Shown piece after piece: positions 1 to 8,338 of a stretch of DNA of 38,890 bases; the first letter of the stretch is position 1; each line of letters opens with the position of its first letter. Below the pieces are notes generated by a model. It saw only the letters and a program-made list of their open reading frames with translations, did not search any database and was not told where the DNA came from. The stretch is taken from sequence record SRR22947725_571; one strand, 5' to 3'. The position numbers and the translations under genes are program-made.

Positions 1-849
1 ACTGAACACTTTTGAAACAAGATCACTTGCTAAAACAACATTAGTAAATTCATGGGTGTATTGATTGAAAGTAGACACTACACTGTATTTTATTTTTGCA
101 CCAACAGTAAGAGCTGTATTTGAAGGAAGTGTCCAAGGCGTAGTCGTCCAGGCTAAAAAATATAAATCTTCATAGCTTGAAAGCAGCGATGGAAGAGAAC
201 TGTTTATAGCTTTAAATTGTGCCGTAACTGTGGTGTCACTTACATCCTGATAAGTGCCAGGTTGGTTAAGTTCGTGTGAACTTAAACCTGTTCCTGCTTT
301 TGGCGAGTATGGCTGTATAGTGTAGCCTTTATAAATTAAATTCTTGTCAAAAAGCTCTTTTAAAAGCCACCAAACAGATTCAATATATTTAGATTTATAA
401 GTAACATAAGGATTGCTCATGTCTACCCAGTACCCCATTTTTTTTGTTAAATCGTTCCATACATCCGTATATTTCATTACAGCTTTTTTACAAGCTTTGT
501 TGTAATCTTCAACAGAAATTTTAGTACCGATATCTTCTTTTGTAATTCCTAAATCCTTTTCAACACTAAGTTCTATTGGAAGTCCGTGTGTGTCCCATCC
601 TGCTTTTCTGTCAACCTGAAACCCTTTCAAGGTTTTGTATCGACAAAAAATATCTTTAATACTTCTAGCCATGACATGATGTATCCCCGGCATACCATTA
701 GCCGATGGTGGTCCCTCGTAAAAAATAAACTTAGAAGCGTTTTTTCTTAAACTAATACTTTTTTCAAAAGAGCGATTTTTCTCCCACTCTGCTAAAACTT
801 CATCAGCAACTTGAGATAAATTTAAACCTTTGTATTCTTTAAATGCCAT
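1..849 (-). CDS. ileS: Isoleucine--tRNA ligase, type 2 (5' part; runs off the window start)
   Basis: Not in the ORF track. Manual translation from ATG at 849 gives MAFKEYKGLNLSQVADEVLAEW...FYEGPPSANGMPGIHHVMARSIKDIFCRYKTLKGFQVDRKAGWDTHGLPIE...WTTTPWTLPSN, with the class I signature region, GWDTHGLP and the editing-domain WTTTPWT motif. Confidence 0.97.
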   Translation of the reverse strand, partial: MAFKEYKGLNLSQVADEVLAEWEKNRSFEKSISLRKNASKFIFYEGPPSANGMPGIHHVMARSIKDIFCRYKTLKGFQVDRKAGWDTHGLPIELSVEKDLGITKEDIGTKISVEDYNKACKKAVMKYTDVWNDLTKKMGYWVDMSNPYVTYKSKYIESVWWLLKELFDKNLIYKGYTIQPYSPKAGTGLSSHELNQPGTYQDVSDTTVTAQFKAINSSLPSLLSSYEDLYFLAWTTTPWTLPSNTALTVGAKIKYSVVSTFNQYTHEFTNVVLASDLVSKVFS

Positions 850-875
850 TGTGAATAAATCGAAATTTACTAAAA

Positions 876-884
876 GCGAAAGTA
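876..884 (-). promoter_or_regulatory. Possible Bacteroidota -7 promoter element for ileS (TACTTTCGC)
   Basis: One mismatch to TAnnTTTG, about 27 bp upstream of the ileS ATG; no clear -33 element. Confidence 0.4.
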
Positions 885-910
885 ACTATTTTAGATGAAA
901 TTTGTAGAAC

Positions 911-3385
911 TTAAAACTTATAACTTAAAACTAAATTTAAGTTTCTGCCAGGAGCAGATATTCCTGAAGCAAATTCTCTATAATGAATGTCAAAAAGATT
1001 ATCCAAAACAAGTAATGTTTTAAATTTATTTGAAAATTCATACGACGAAGAAAGTTTAATTACATTCCATGAGGGCATTCCATTGAAAGCGAAATCTATA
1101 CCATCAAAAACTAAAGGTGTTTCTTCAAGCCCGTCTTCACCACCAATACTGTATTTTTCCGGGGATTTGGAACCAGAAAACTTATAAGAAAGCTCAAGTT
1201 CACTTGATTTAGCAACATTATATCTAAGAGTTAAATGCCCAAACAAAGGAGAAATTGAAGGCAATGGATGGTGACTATTCACACTGCCTCCGTGTGTATA
1301 AGTTAAATTACCTTTAAGCATCCATAAATTTGGTGAACTTAGTTTTATGTCTAATGTAGTTCCGTATATAAACGCATTTCCTTTATTAATATTAGCCATT
1401 GTGATTACTTCTTCTGAGTTAAATACTATGGTAGATGGATCGCTTGTCGATGTATCGTTTTTTATTTCAAAGTAATCTCTAGTAATATGATTAGAAATAT
1501 GGGTGTAATATGCGTTTATAGAAAATGTATTTTGTTTATTTATTGATGATTTAGAAAGCCCTATTTCAGAGTTGTAGGCATATTCTGGCTTTAGTTTAGA
1601 ATTTGGAACTGAAAGCATACCCTTTTGCTCTCTAATTTTCCCAATATCATCAATATTTGGAGACCTAAAACCACTAGAAAAATTAGCACTAATTTTCCAA
1701 TTATTTTTTGACCTTAGCACATAGCCAAAACTACTTGTTATAGATGAGTTTTGAGAATGAACATCAGAGATATTAGCATTAATTATATTGATATCATTCC
1801 ATTTTGCTCTTAGTCGAGTATTGGTAAACCTCATTCCAAAATTAACATTTGATTTTTTTGAAAGATCTTTTCTGTATTCATAATAAATAGCAGCTGTTGA
1901 ATAATGACCTTCATCGCTTGGATATCTTGTTGGTATATTATAAAACTGATTAGATTCAGCTAGCCCTGAAATTGTTGATTTATAATTTTGTAAATAAGCT
2001 TCAGAGTTTACCTTATTGAAAGTGTATTCGTAGCCGTAAACAAGGGAAGAATTATTGGAGAAATTTTTAAAATAATCATTATTAACAGAATAAACATTTA
2101 AGTTTTCTATTTGATTTGTTTTAGAAAGACCTTGAAATTTTCTATAATGCCTTGACTCTCCTATCTTTTGGTAAGCAATTAGTAATTTACTTTTGTCACT
2201 TAGTCTCTTAGCTTTAGAAAAATTAAAAAGGGTTGAAATCAATGTTCTTTTCTGAGGACCATAGTACCATTCAGAATATTTATAATCTCCATTTGTAATT
2301 TCGTTTAATTTATCAAACCTATTTATATCAGATGAGTTTGAATGTTGAAGATTTATTACCATATTGGAGCTTTCAGACAACAAAAAATTAAATTTTTGCA
2401 TAAAATCATATTGTTGATAAGCTGTATTTAATTGAATATTTGGATTTTCATTATTTTTTTTTGCTTCATTATATTTATTAGATTCTAAATAATGATAGTC
2501 TAAGCCCCATTCATCAAAACCATGTTTTCTATTACCCCCCATTATAACATCTCCAAATTTTGAAAAAGAAAAGTTTGTATAACTAGCCCATTTGTTTGAA
2601 CTGTATTCAAGATCTAAGTTTTGCACTATGTTATTGAATCTTGAATTGTAAGAAGAGATCCCACTTGCCCCCAACTTTTTGTTATTATTCATTTTTGGTG
2701 TTTTAGTGTAAAAGTGCACTACACCACCTAACGCATCAGACCCATAGCCTACAGACGAGGGACCATAAATAACCTCTGTTCTTTCAAGACTATTAGGATT
2801 TATAGTGATGGAGTTTTGTAAATGTCCTGAACGATAAATAGCATTATTCATTCTTACTCCATCAACTACAAGTAAAACTCGGTTTGCCTCAAAACCCCTT
2901 ATGACGGGGCTTCCGCCTCCACCTTGAGATTTTTGAACTCTAACTCCGCTAGCATAATTTAATAAATCAGCAGAAGTTTGAGGTAAATCTAGTTTCAAAT
3001 CTTTATTTGTTATTAGTGAAACTTGCTTGGAAATTTTTTCTTTATTTTCTTTGTTTCTAGCAACAGAAAGAATAACCTCTGATAAGGCTAGGGTGTTGGG
3101 CTCTAGAAAAACAGTAGTCTTACTTGACAGGGTATTAATTATTAGTTCAATTGATTTGTAGGAGATATGCCCGATTATTAAAGTATCTTTTTTATCAAAT
3201 TCTTCAATATTAACGATACCATTATTATCGGAAATTAATGACTTTAAACTTTGTTTTCCAAAAACAGTAACATTAGAAACAGGCTGATTATTCGTATTGT
3301 CAACTATGATTATTTTTTGAGAATAACCATTAGCACAAAAAAACAAAAGACAAACTGAAACAAAATACTTAGCCAAATAGCTCAT
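911..3385 (-). CDS. TonB-dependent outer membrane receptor (substrate unknown)
   Basis: Signal peptide, CarboxypepD-like N-terminal domain, plug motifs (SPVIRGFEANRVLLVVDG, ERTEVIYGPSSVGYGSDALGGVV), GFRSPN motif, C-terminal PGRNLNLVLSYKF ending in Phe. Confidence 0.93.
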   Translation of the reverse strand: MSYLAKYFVSVCLLFFCANGYSQKIIIVDNTNNQPVSNVTVFGKQSLKSLISDNNGIVNIEEFDKKDTLIIGHISYKSIELIINTLSSKTTVFLEPNTLALSEVILSVARNKENKEKISKQVSLITNKDLKLDLPQTSADLLNYASGVRVQKSQGGGGSPVIRGFEANRVLLVVDGVRMNNAIYRSGHLQNSITINPNSLERTEVIYGPSSVGYGSDALGGVVHFYTKTPKMNNNKKLGASGISSYNSRFNNIVQNLDLEYSSNKWASYTNFSFSKFGDVIMGGNRKHGFDEWGLDYHYLESNKYNEAKKNNENPNIQLNTAYQQYDFMQKFNFLLSESSNMVINLQHSNSSDINRFDKLNEITNGDYKYSEWYYGPQKRTLISTLFNFSKAKRLSDKSKLLIAYQKIGESRHYRKFQGLSKTNQIENLNVYSVNNDYFKNFSNNSSLVYGYEYTFNKVNSEAYLQNYKSTISGLAESNQFYNIPTRYPSDEGHYSTAAIYYEYRKDLSKKSNVNFGMRFTNTRLRAKWNDINIINANISDVHSQNSSITSSFGYVLRSKNNWKISANFSSGFRSPNIDDIGKIREQKGMLSVPNSKLKPEYAYNSEIGLSKSSINKQNTFSINAYYTHISNHITRDYFEIKNDTSTSDPSTIVFNSEEVITMANINKGNAFIYGTTLDIKLSSPNLWMLKGNLTYTHGGSVNSHHPLPSISPLFGHLTLRYNVAKSSELELSYKFSGSKSPEKYSIGGEDGLEETPLVFDGIDFAFNGMPSWNVIKLSSSYEFSNKFKTLLVLDNLFDIHYREFASGISAPGRNLNLVLSYKF

Positions 3386-4088
3386 ATAGAATATTTAGAG
3401 AGTTAGGCCTTTTGAAATCAGGCAAATGGATTTGCATATATTTAATTAAAAATTCAATTAATTTTTTTCTCTTATATGAAGTGTTAACTTCCTCTACCAA
3501 TTCATCAAATTCTGTGCCTAAAAAACTTTTAAAATGTGAAATAATTTCGCCGTTAATACAATATTCACTTCCATCGTATTTGCAAAAGACTCCTTCAATC
3601 ATATTAAAACCGTCAAGATCCTGATGAGACAAATCTGGCGATATACCCATAAATGATAATAGTTTAATTAAAAAATGAATGTGAAAATTACTAAATCTGT
3701 TAGATTTATCTAGCCACACTATAGATTGTTTTAAAAAGTTAAACAGAGCTAAGTTTTTTTCTTCCTCCTTTATACTTTTTGAAAGAACTTCAGACAAAAA
3801 CATAACTATGGAGTTTTTAATTATATCTAAATGAATCGTTTTGTAGGGATTTATAATTTTTACTGATCGTAGACCTTCTAATCCCCCGTTATTTTTATGA
3901 TTGGCATCAATTTCTAATTGAGTAAGAGGTTGAAAAAATCCAATATTAATTTTTTTTTTTTTTGAAGTACGAATACCTTTTAATAAATAAGATTTTAATC
4001 CGTTGGATTTTGTAAAGCATTTAACAATTATGCTAGTTTCAGAATACTTAATATAATTTAACGAAATAGCTTCAGTTGAAACAAGCAT
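3369..4088 (-). CDS. recO: DNA repair protein RecO
   Basis: N-terminal OB-fold pattern (IKYSETSIIVKCFT...G, FQPL), 239 aa, typical position next to ileS and this TonB receptor in Flavobacteria. Confidence 0.9.
   Translation of the reverse strand: MLVSTEAISLNYIKYSETSIIVKCFTKSNGLKSYLLKGIRTSKKKKINIGFFQPLTQLEIDANHKNNGGLEGLRSVKIINPYKTIHLDIIKNSIVMFLSEVLSKSIKEEEKNLALFNFLKQSIVWLDKSNRFSNFHIHFLIKLLSFMGISPDLSHQDLDGFNMIEGVFCKYDGSEYCINGEIISHFKSFLGTEFDELVEEVNTSYKRKKLIEFLIKYMQIHLPDFKRPNSLNILYELFG
3950..3963 (-). repeat. A14 homopolymer within recO (T14 on + strand)
   Basis: 14 consecutive T at 3950-3963, encoding S-K-K-K-K-I in frame. Confidence 0.9.
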
Positions 4089-4090
4089 TG

Positions 4091-5431
4091 TTAAACTACT
4101 CCTTGGGCTAACATTGCATCTGCAACTTTGATGAATCCAGCAATATTTGCTCCCTTTTCATAGTTTATGTAATTTTTTTCCTGCCCATGAATCAAACATG
4201 AATTATGTATGTCTTTCATTATTTCTTTTAATTTGGAATCCACCTCTTCCCTTGACCAACTGTATCTTAAAGAATTTTGTGCCATTTCAAGTCCAGAAAC
4301 TGCAACGCCTCCAGCATTAGAAGCTTTTCCAGGAGCATATAAAATTTTGTTCTGCTTAAATATTTTTATTGCATCAGGTTCACAAGGCATATTAGCCCCT
4401 TCACTAACACATATGCATCCGTTTTTTATTAAATTTTCAGCATCATTTTCATTAAGTTCATTTTGAGTTGCACAAGGAAGTGCGATATCACATTTTATTT
4501 CCCACGGGGTTTTATTTTTAAAAAAGACAGCGTTTGGGTACTTATGTACATATTCATTAATTCTCCCTCTTTTTACATTTTTGAGATCCATAATAAAATT
4601 TAATTTTTCAGTATCTATTCCATCACTGTCATAAACAGTACCAGATGAATCAGACATAGAAATCACTTTAGCAGAAAGCTGTATACATTTTTCTGCAGCA
4701 AATTGAGCAACATTTCCAGATCCGGAAATGACTACAGTTTTTCCTTTTATAGAGTTAGAAACATGATTTAACATGTTTTCAGCAAAATACACAGTACCAT
4801 AGCCTGTTGATTCAGGTCTTATTAAAGAGCCTCCCCAAGAAAGTCCTTTCCCTGTTAAAACTCCGGTAAATTCTTTTTTTAATTTTTTATATTGACCAAA
4901 CATATATCCAATTTCCCTTCCTCCAACACCCATATCACCTGCTGGAACGTCTGTATTTGGGCCTATATATCTGTAAAGCTCTGTCATAAAACTTTGACAA
5001 AACCGCATCACTTCACCGTCACTTTTTCCTTTTGGATCAAAATCAGACCCCCCTTTACCACCACCCATAGGAAGAGTTGTAAGACTATTCTTAAATACTT
5101 GTTCAAGTGCTAAAAACTTTAAAATACTAAGATTAACAGTAGGATGAAACCTTAACCCTCCTTTGTAGGGACCAATTGCTGAGTTCATTTGCACTCTGTA
5201 TCCTCTATTTACTTGAATTTCTCCATTATCATCAACCCAATTTACTCTAAACATCAATACCCTTTCAGGCTCAACCATTCTCATTAAAATGTTTTTACCA
5301 TGATAAATGTCTTTGGAAACTATATATGGCAAAACTGTTTCAGCTATTTCTTTCACAGCTTGCATAAACTCAGGTTCATGAGAGTTTTTTTTATCAATTT
5401 CAGAAATAAAATTTTCGATAATCTTTTTCAT
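4091..5431 (-). CDS. gdhA: Glutamate dehydrogenase (NADP-type family)
   Basis: GPYKGGLRFH, GGGKGGSDFDPK, DVPAGD, GSGNVA, EGANMP and KASNAGGV motifs; 446 aa. Confidence 0.97.
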   Translation of the reverse strand: MKKIIENFISEIDKKNSHEPEFMQAVKEIAETVLPYIVSKDIYHGKNILMRMVEPERVLMFRVNWVDDNGEIQVNRGYRVQMNSAIGPYKGGLRFHPTVNLSILKFLALEQVFKNSLTTLPMGGGKGGSDFDPKGKSDGEVMRFCQSFMTELYRYIGPNTDVPAGDMGVGGREIGYMFGQYKKLKKEFTGVLTGKGLSWGGSLIRPESTGYGTVYFAENMLNHVSNSIKGKTVVISGSGNVAQFAAEKCIQLSAKVISMSDSSGTVYDSDGIDTEKLNFIMDLKNVKRGRINEYVHKYPNAVFFKNKTPWEIKCDIALPCATQNELNENDAENLIKNGCICVSEGANMPCEPDAIKIFKQNKILYAPGKASNAGGVAVSGLEMAQNSLRYSWSREEVDSKLKEIMKDIHNSCLIHGQEKNYINYEKGANIAGFIKVADAMLAQGVV

Positions 5432-5480
5432 ATTAAAAAGGATTTATTACTCTAAGTTAAACAAATAATTATTGTTTAAA

Positions 5481-6620
5481 TTAACCTATTGCTTGTTTCA
5501 GATCTTCTATTAAGTCATCTGCATCTTCAATTCCTACACTAAGCCTAATTAACGAATCAACTACACCAGATTTTTCTCTTTCGTTTTTTGGAATTGAAGC
5601 ATGAGTCATTGAAGCTGGATGTCCAGCTAAACTTTCAACCCCCCCTAAGGATTCTGCTAATGTGAATATTTTTAGAGACTCAACTATTTTTAGAGATTTA
5701 CTTAGGCTATTTCCTTTTGATGTAAAGGAAATCATTGCCCCATAATCATTCATTTGATTTTTAGCAATATTGTGATTAGGATGATCATTAAATCCAGGCC
5801 AATAAACTGATTCAATTTTTGGATGATTGTTTAAATAATTTGCAATCTTTTTAGCATTTTCACAATGTCTTTGCATTCTTACGTGTAATGTTTTAATTCC
5901 TCTAAGAGTTAAAAAACTGTCCATAGGGCCACAAATTGCTCCACTTGCATTTTGAATAAAATATAATTGCTCAGAGAGATTACGGTCGTTCACAATAAGT
6001 GCTCCTAGAACCACATCACTATGACCCGCTAAATATTTTGTAGCTGAGTGCATAACAATGTCAGCTCCCAGAGAAAGTGGCTGTTGTAAAAAGGGTGTTG
6101 CAAATGTATTATCAACTGCCAAAATAAGATTGAATTTTTTTGAAATATTGCTCAGACCTTCAATATCAACAATATTCATCATTGGATTAGTAGGTGTTTC
6201 AACCCAAATCATTTTTGTGTTTTTATTTACCAAATTTTCTATTTTAGATAAATCGTGCATTTCGGTAAAATGGAAAATAAGCCCATACTTTTCAAAAATT
6301 TTAGTAAATAGTCTGTAGGAGCCCCCATACAAGTCGTTAGTTGAGATTACCTCGTCACCTGGATTTAATAATTTAAGCACCGCGTCAATTGCAGCCAGAC
6401 CAGACCCAAACGCAAGACCAAATTTTCCACCTTCAATGCTTGAAAATGAGTTTTCCAATGCACTTCTAGTTGGGTTATGAGTTCTACTGTATTCATATCC
6501 TTTGTGATCTCCAGGTGTTTTTTGAGAATACGTTGATGTTTGATATATTGGAGGCATAACTGCACCATATCCTTTTTCTTCGATTTGACCTCCGTGGATA
6601 GTTTTTGTATTAAACTTCAT
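5481..6620 (-). CDS. PLP-dependent cystathionine gamma-synthase/lyase family enzyme
   Basis: YEYSRTHNPTR, ETPTNP, DNTF, HSATKYLAGHSD (PLP lysine), AESLGGVESL, RLSVGIE. Synthase versus lyase specificity cannot be resolved by eye. Confidence 0.93.
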   Translation of the reverse strand: MKFNTKTIHGGQIEEKGYGAVMPPIYQTSTYSQKTPGDHKGYEYSRTHNPTRSALENSFSSIEGGKFGLAFGSGLAAIDAVLKLLNPGDEVISTNDLYGGSYRLFTKIFEKYGLIFHFTEMHDLSKIENLVNKNTKMIWVETPTNPMMNIVDIEGLSNISKKFNLILAVDNTFATPFLQQPLSLGADIVMHSATKYLAGHSDVVLGALIVNDRNLSEQLYFIQNASGAICGPMDSFLTLRGIKTLHVRMQRHCENAKKIANYLNNHPKIESVYWPGFNDHPNHNIAKNQMNDYGAMISFTSKGNSLSKSLKIVESLKIFTLAESLGGVESLAGHPASMTHASIPKNEREKSGVVDSLIRLSVGIEDADDLIEDLKQAIG

Positions 6621-6634
6621 TTTAAGTAGATTTG
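6604..6634 (+). promoter_or_regulatory. Bacteroidota housekeeping promoter TTTG-N19-TAGATTTG for the ArsC-like gene
   Basis: TTTG at 6604-6607, 19-bp spacer, TAGATTTG at 6627-6634: exact match to the -33/-7 consensus. Confidence 0.7.
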
Positions 6635-6639
6635 ATTTC

Positions 6640-6647
6640 CAAAGATA
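6640..6647 (-). promoter_or_regulatory. -7 promoter element TATCTTTG for the trans-sulfuration gene
   Basis: Exact TAnnTTTG on the minus strand, 20 bp upstream of the ATG at 6620. Confidence 0.6.
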
Positions 6648-6678
6648 TATCTTCTAATCTCAAACTGAAATTTTTTAA

Positions 6679-7035
6679 ATGAATAAATTATACTATTTAT
6701 CTTCATGTTCTACTTGTAAAAGAATAATTAAACAATGGTCTTTTGCTAAGACTATTGATTTAATAGATATAAAAAAAACTCCCATAAACCATAAAGATTT
6801 ACAAGAACTATATAAAATCACGAATAGTTACGAGTCTTTGTTTAATAAAAGAGCACAAATGTTAAAAAAATTAAACTTAAACCTAAATCTTTTAGATGAA
6901 AATGATTTTAAAAAACTATTGTTAAGTCATTACAGCTTTTTAAAAAGACCTGTATTACTATTTAATGGTAAAATTTTTATTGGAAATTCTAAAAAAAATA
7001 TTGAGGATGCAGAGATTGAACTTAGTATAAAGTAG
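6679..7035 (+). CDS. ArsC/Spx/MgsR family protein
   Basis: N-terminal CSTC (CxxC), C-terminal LKRPV, 118 aa. Confidence 0.85.
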   Translation: MNKLYYLSSCSTCKRIIKQWSFAKTIDLIDIKKTPINHKDLQELYKITNSYESLFNKRAQMLKKLNLNLNLLDENDFKKLLLSHYSFLKRPVLLFNGKIFIGNSKKNIEDAEIELSIK

Positions 7036-7095
7036 TTTAATCTATTTTTCAAAAAAATAAAAAACAGATTTTGTATTTTTATTAAAAATTTAAAT

Positions 7096-7581
7096 ATGAA
7101 TATTTTTAAATCAATTGGTTTAGTTTTTATTTTTCTATTAATATCTAGTTGTGGTGATTCAAAAAAACCTGAAGAAAAATCGATTTACAAGAGGGTGAAA
7201 ACAGAAAAAAAGCAAATAAAAGAAGTAAATAACGTAACTCCAGTTGACTTAAACAATAAAGGAATTGGTCCAATAAAAAATTATAGTTTTAGTTCTGAAG
7301 TAAATTTAGAATTAGCGAATGAAGGTAAGCAAGTTTTTAATTCGAAATGCACAGCTTGCCACAATGTAAATAGAAGATTAATTGGTCCTGCTATGGCTGG
7401 AATTTATGAAAGAAGAAGTGTTGAATGGGTTTTAAACATAATGTTAAATCCTGACCAAATGTTAAAAGAGGATCCAATAGCAATTGCTCTTTTAAAAGAG
7501 TACAATAATATCTTAATGTTAAACCAGAACCTTTCAGAAAACGAGGCTAAAAGTTTAGCAGAATACTTTAGAACCCTTTAA
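7096..7581 (+). CDS. Monoheme cytochrome c lipoprotein
   Basis: Lipobox-like LISSC, heme-binding CTACH, IGP motif, distal Met candidate (ILMLNQ). Confidence 0.9.
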   Translation: MNIFKSIGLVFIFLLISSCGDSKKPEEKSIYKRVKTEKKQIKEVNNVTPVDLNNKGIGPIKNYSFSSEVNLELANEGKQVFNSKCTACHNVNRRLIGPAMAGIYERRSVEWVLNIMLNPDQMLKEDPIAIALLKEYNNILMLNQNLSENEAKSLAEYFRTL

Positions 7582-7582
7582 T

Positions 7583-8311
7583 ATGAACTCAAAACTATTT
7601 TATTTATTTGTTTTAAGCATTTCATTTGTTCATTCTCAAAGTAAACTTACCGAAATTTGGGAGCCAGTTCCTGAAAAAATTGAAGCATATGATTTCTTAA
7701 AAGCACCAAGTGATGCAATTATTTTATTTGACGGGACAGATTTTTCTAATTGGGTTACATGGGGGAATAAAGAACCTCAGTGGATAATTAATAATGATAG
7801 TTCAATGACTGTTGTGAATGGGAAGGGTTCGATTCAAACAAAAGAGTCGTTTGGATCTGTTCAATTACATATTGAATGGAAAACCGGCACAAAAGACTTA
7901 GAAAAACATCTTAACCAAAGTAGATCAAATAGTGGAATTTTTTTTCAAAACAATTATGAAATACAAATTTTAGATAGTTATAATAACCCCACTTATGTTA
8001 ATGGCCAGGCTGGATCTGTATATAAGCAACATATTCCATTAAAAAACACAAGTAAAAAGCCAGGCGATTGGCAATCTTATGATATAATATTTACTGCACC
8101 CATATTTAAAAACGAAAAATTAGAAAAACCTGGTTACTTTACTGTTTTCCATAATGGAGTATTAATTCAAAACCATGTTGAAATTAAAGGTACTACAACA
8201 AATGTTGGAGAGCCAAAATATTCAACTCATGGTAATGCTCCGATAATGCTACAAGACCATTGCTGCGTCCCATTAAGTTTTAGAAATATATGGTTAAGGA
8301 AATTAGACTAA
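7583..8311 (+). CDS. DUF1080 / 3-keto-disaccharide hydrolase family secreted protein
   Basis: Signal peptide; APSDAIILFDG, QLHIEW, NSGIF, YEIQILDS, WQSYDIIF, LQDH...FRNIW. Confidence 0.9.
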   Translation: MNSKLFYLFVLSISFVHSQSKLTEIWEPVPEKIEAYDFLKAPSDAIILFDGTDFSNWVTWGNKEPQWIINNDSSMTVVNGKGSIQTKESFGSVQLHIEWKTGTKDLEKHLNQSRSNSGIFFQNNYEIQILDSYNNPTYVNGQAGSVYKQHIPLKNTSKKPGDWQSYDIIFTAPIFKNEKLEKPGYFTVFHNGVLIQNHVEIKGTTTNVGEPKYSTHGNAPIMLQDHCCVPLSFRNIWLRKLD

Positions 8312-8338
8312 ACTTCACTTTTTTGTAAATTTATGGAC

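Noticed and set aside
850..910. T-box or attenuator upstream of ileS (likewise pheS)
   Set aside because: The leaders are far too short and have no T-box motif.
2475..2492. TTATTAGATTCTAAATAA resembling the hem-region palindrome
   Set aside because: Inside the TonB receptor coding sequence, with different spacing; expected by chance in AT-rich DNA.
6621..6678. SAM or other riboswitch upstream of the trans-sulfuration gene
   Set aside because: The gap is only 58 bp, is occupied by promoter elements and has no aptamer-like structure.
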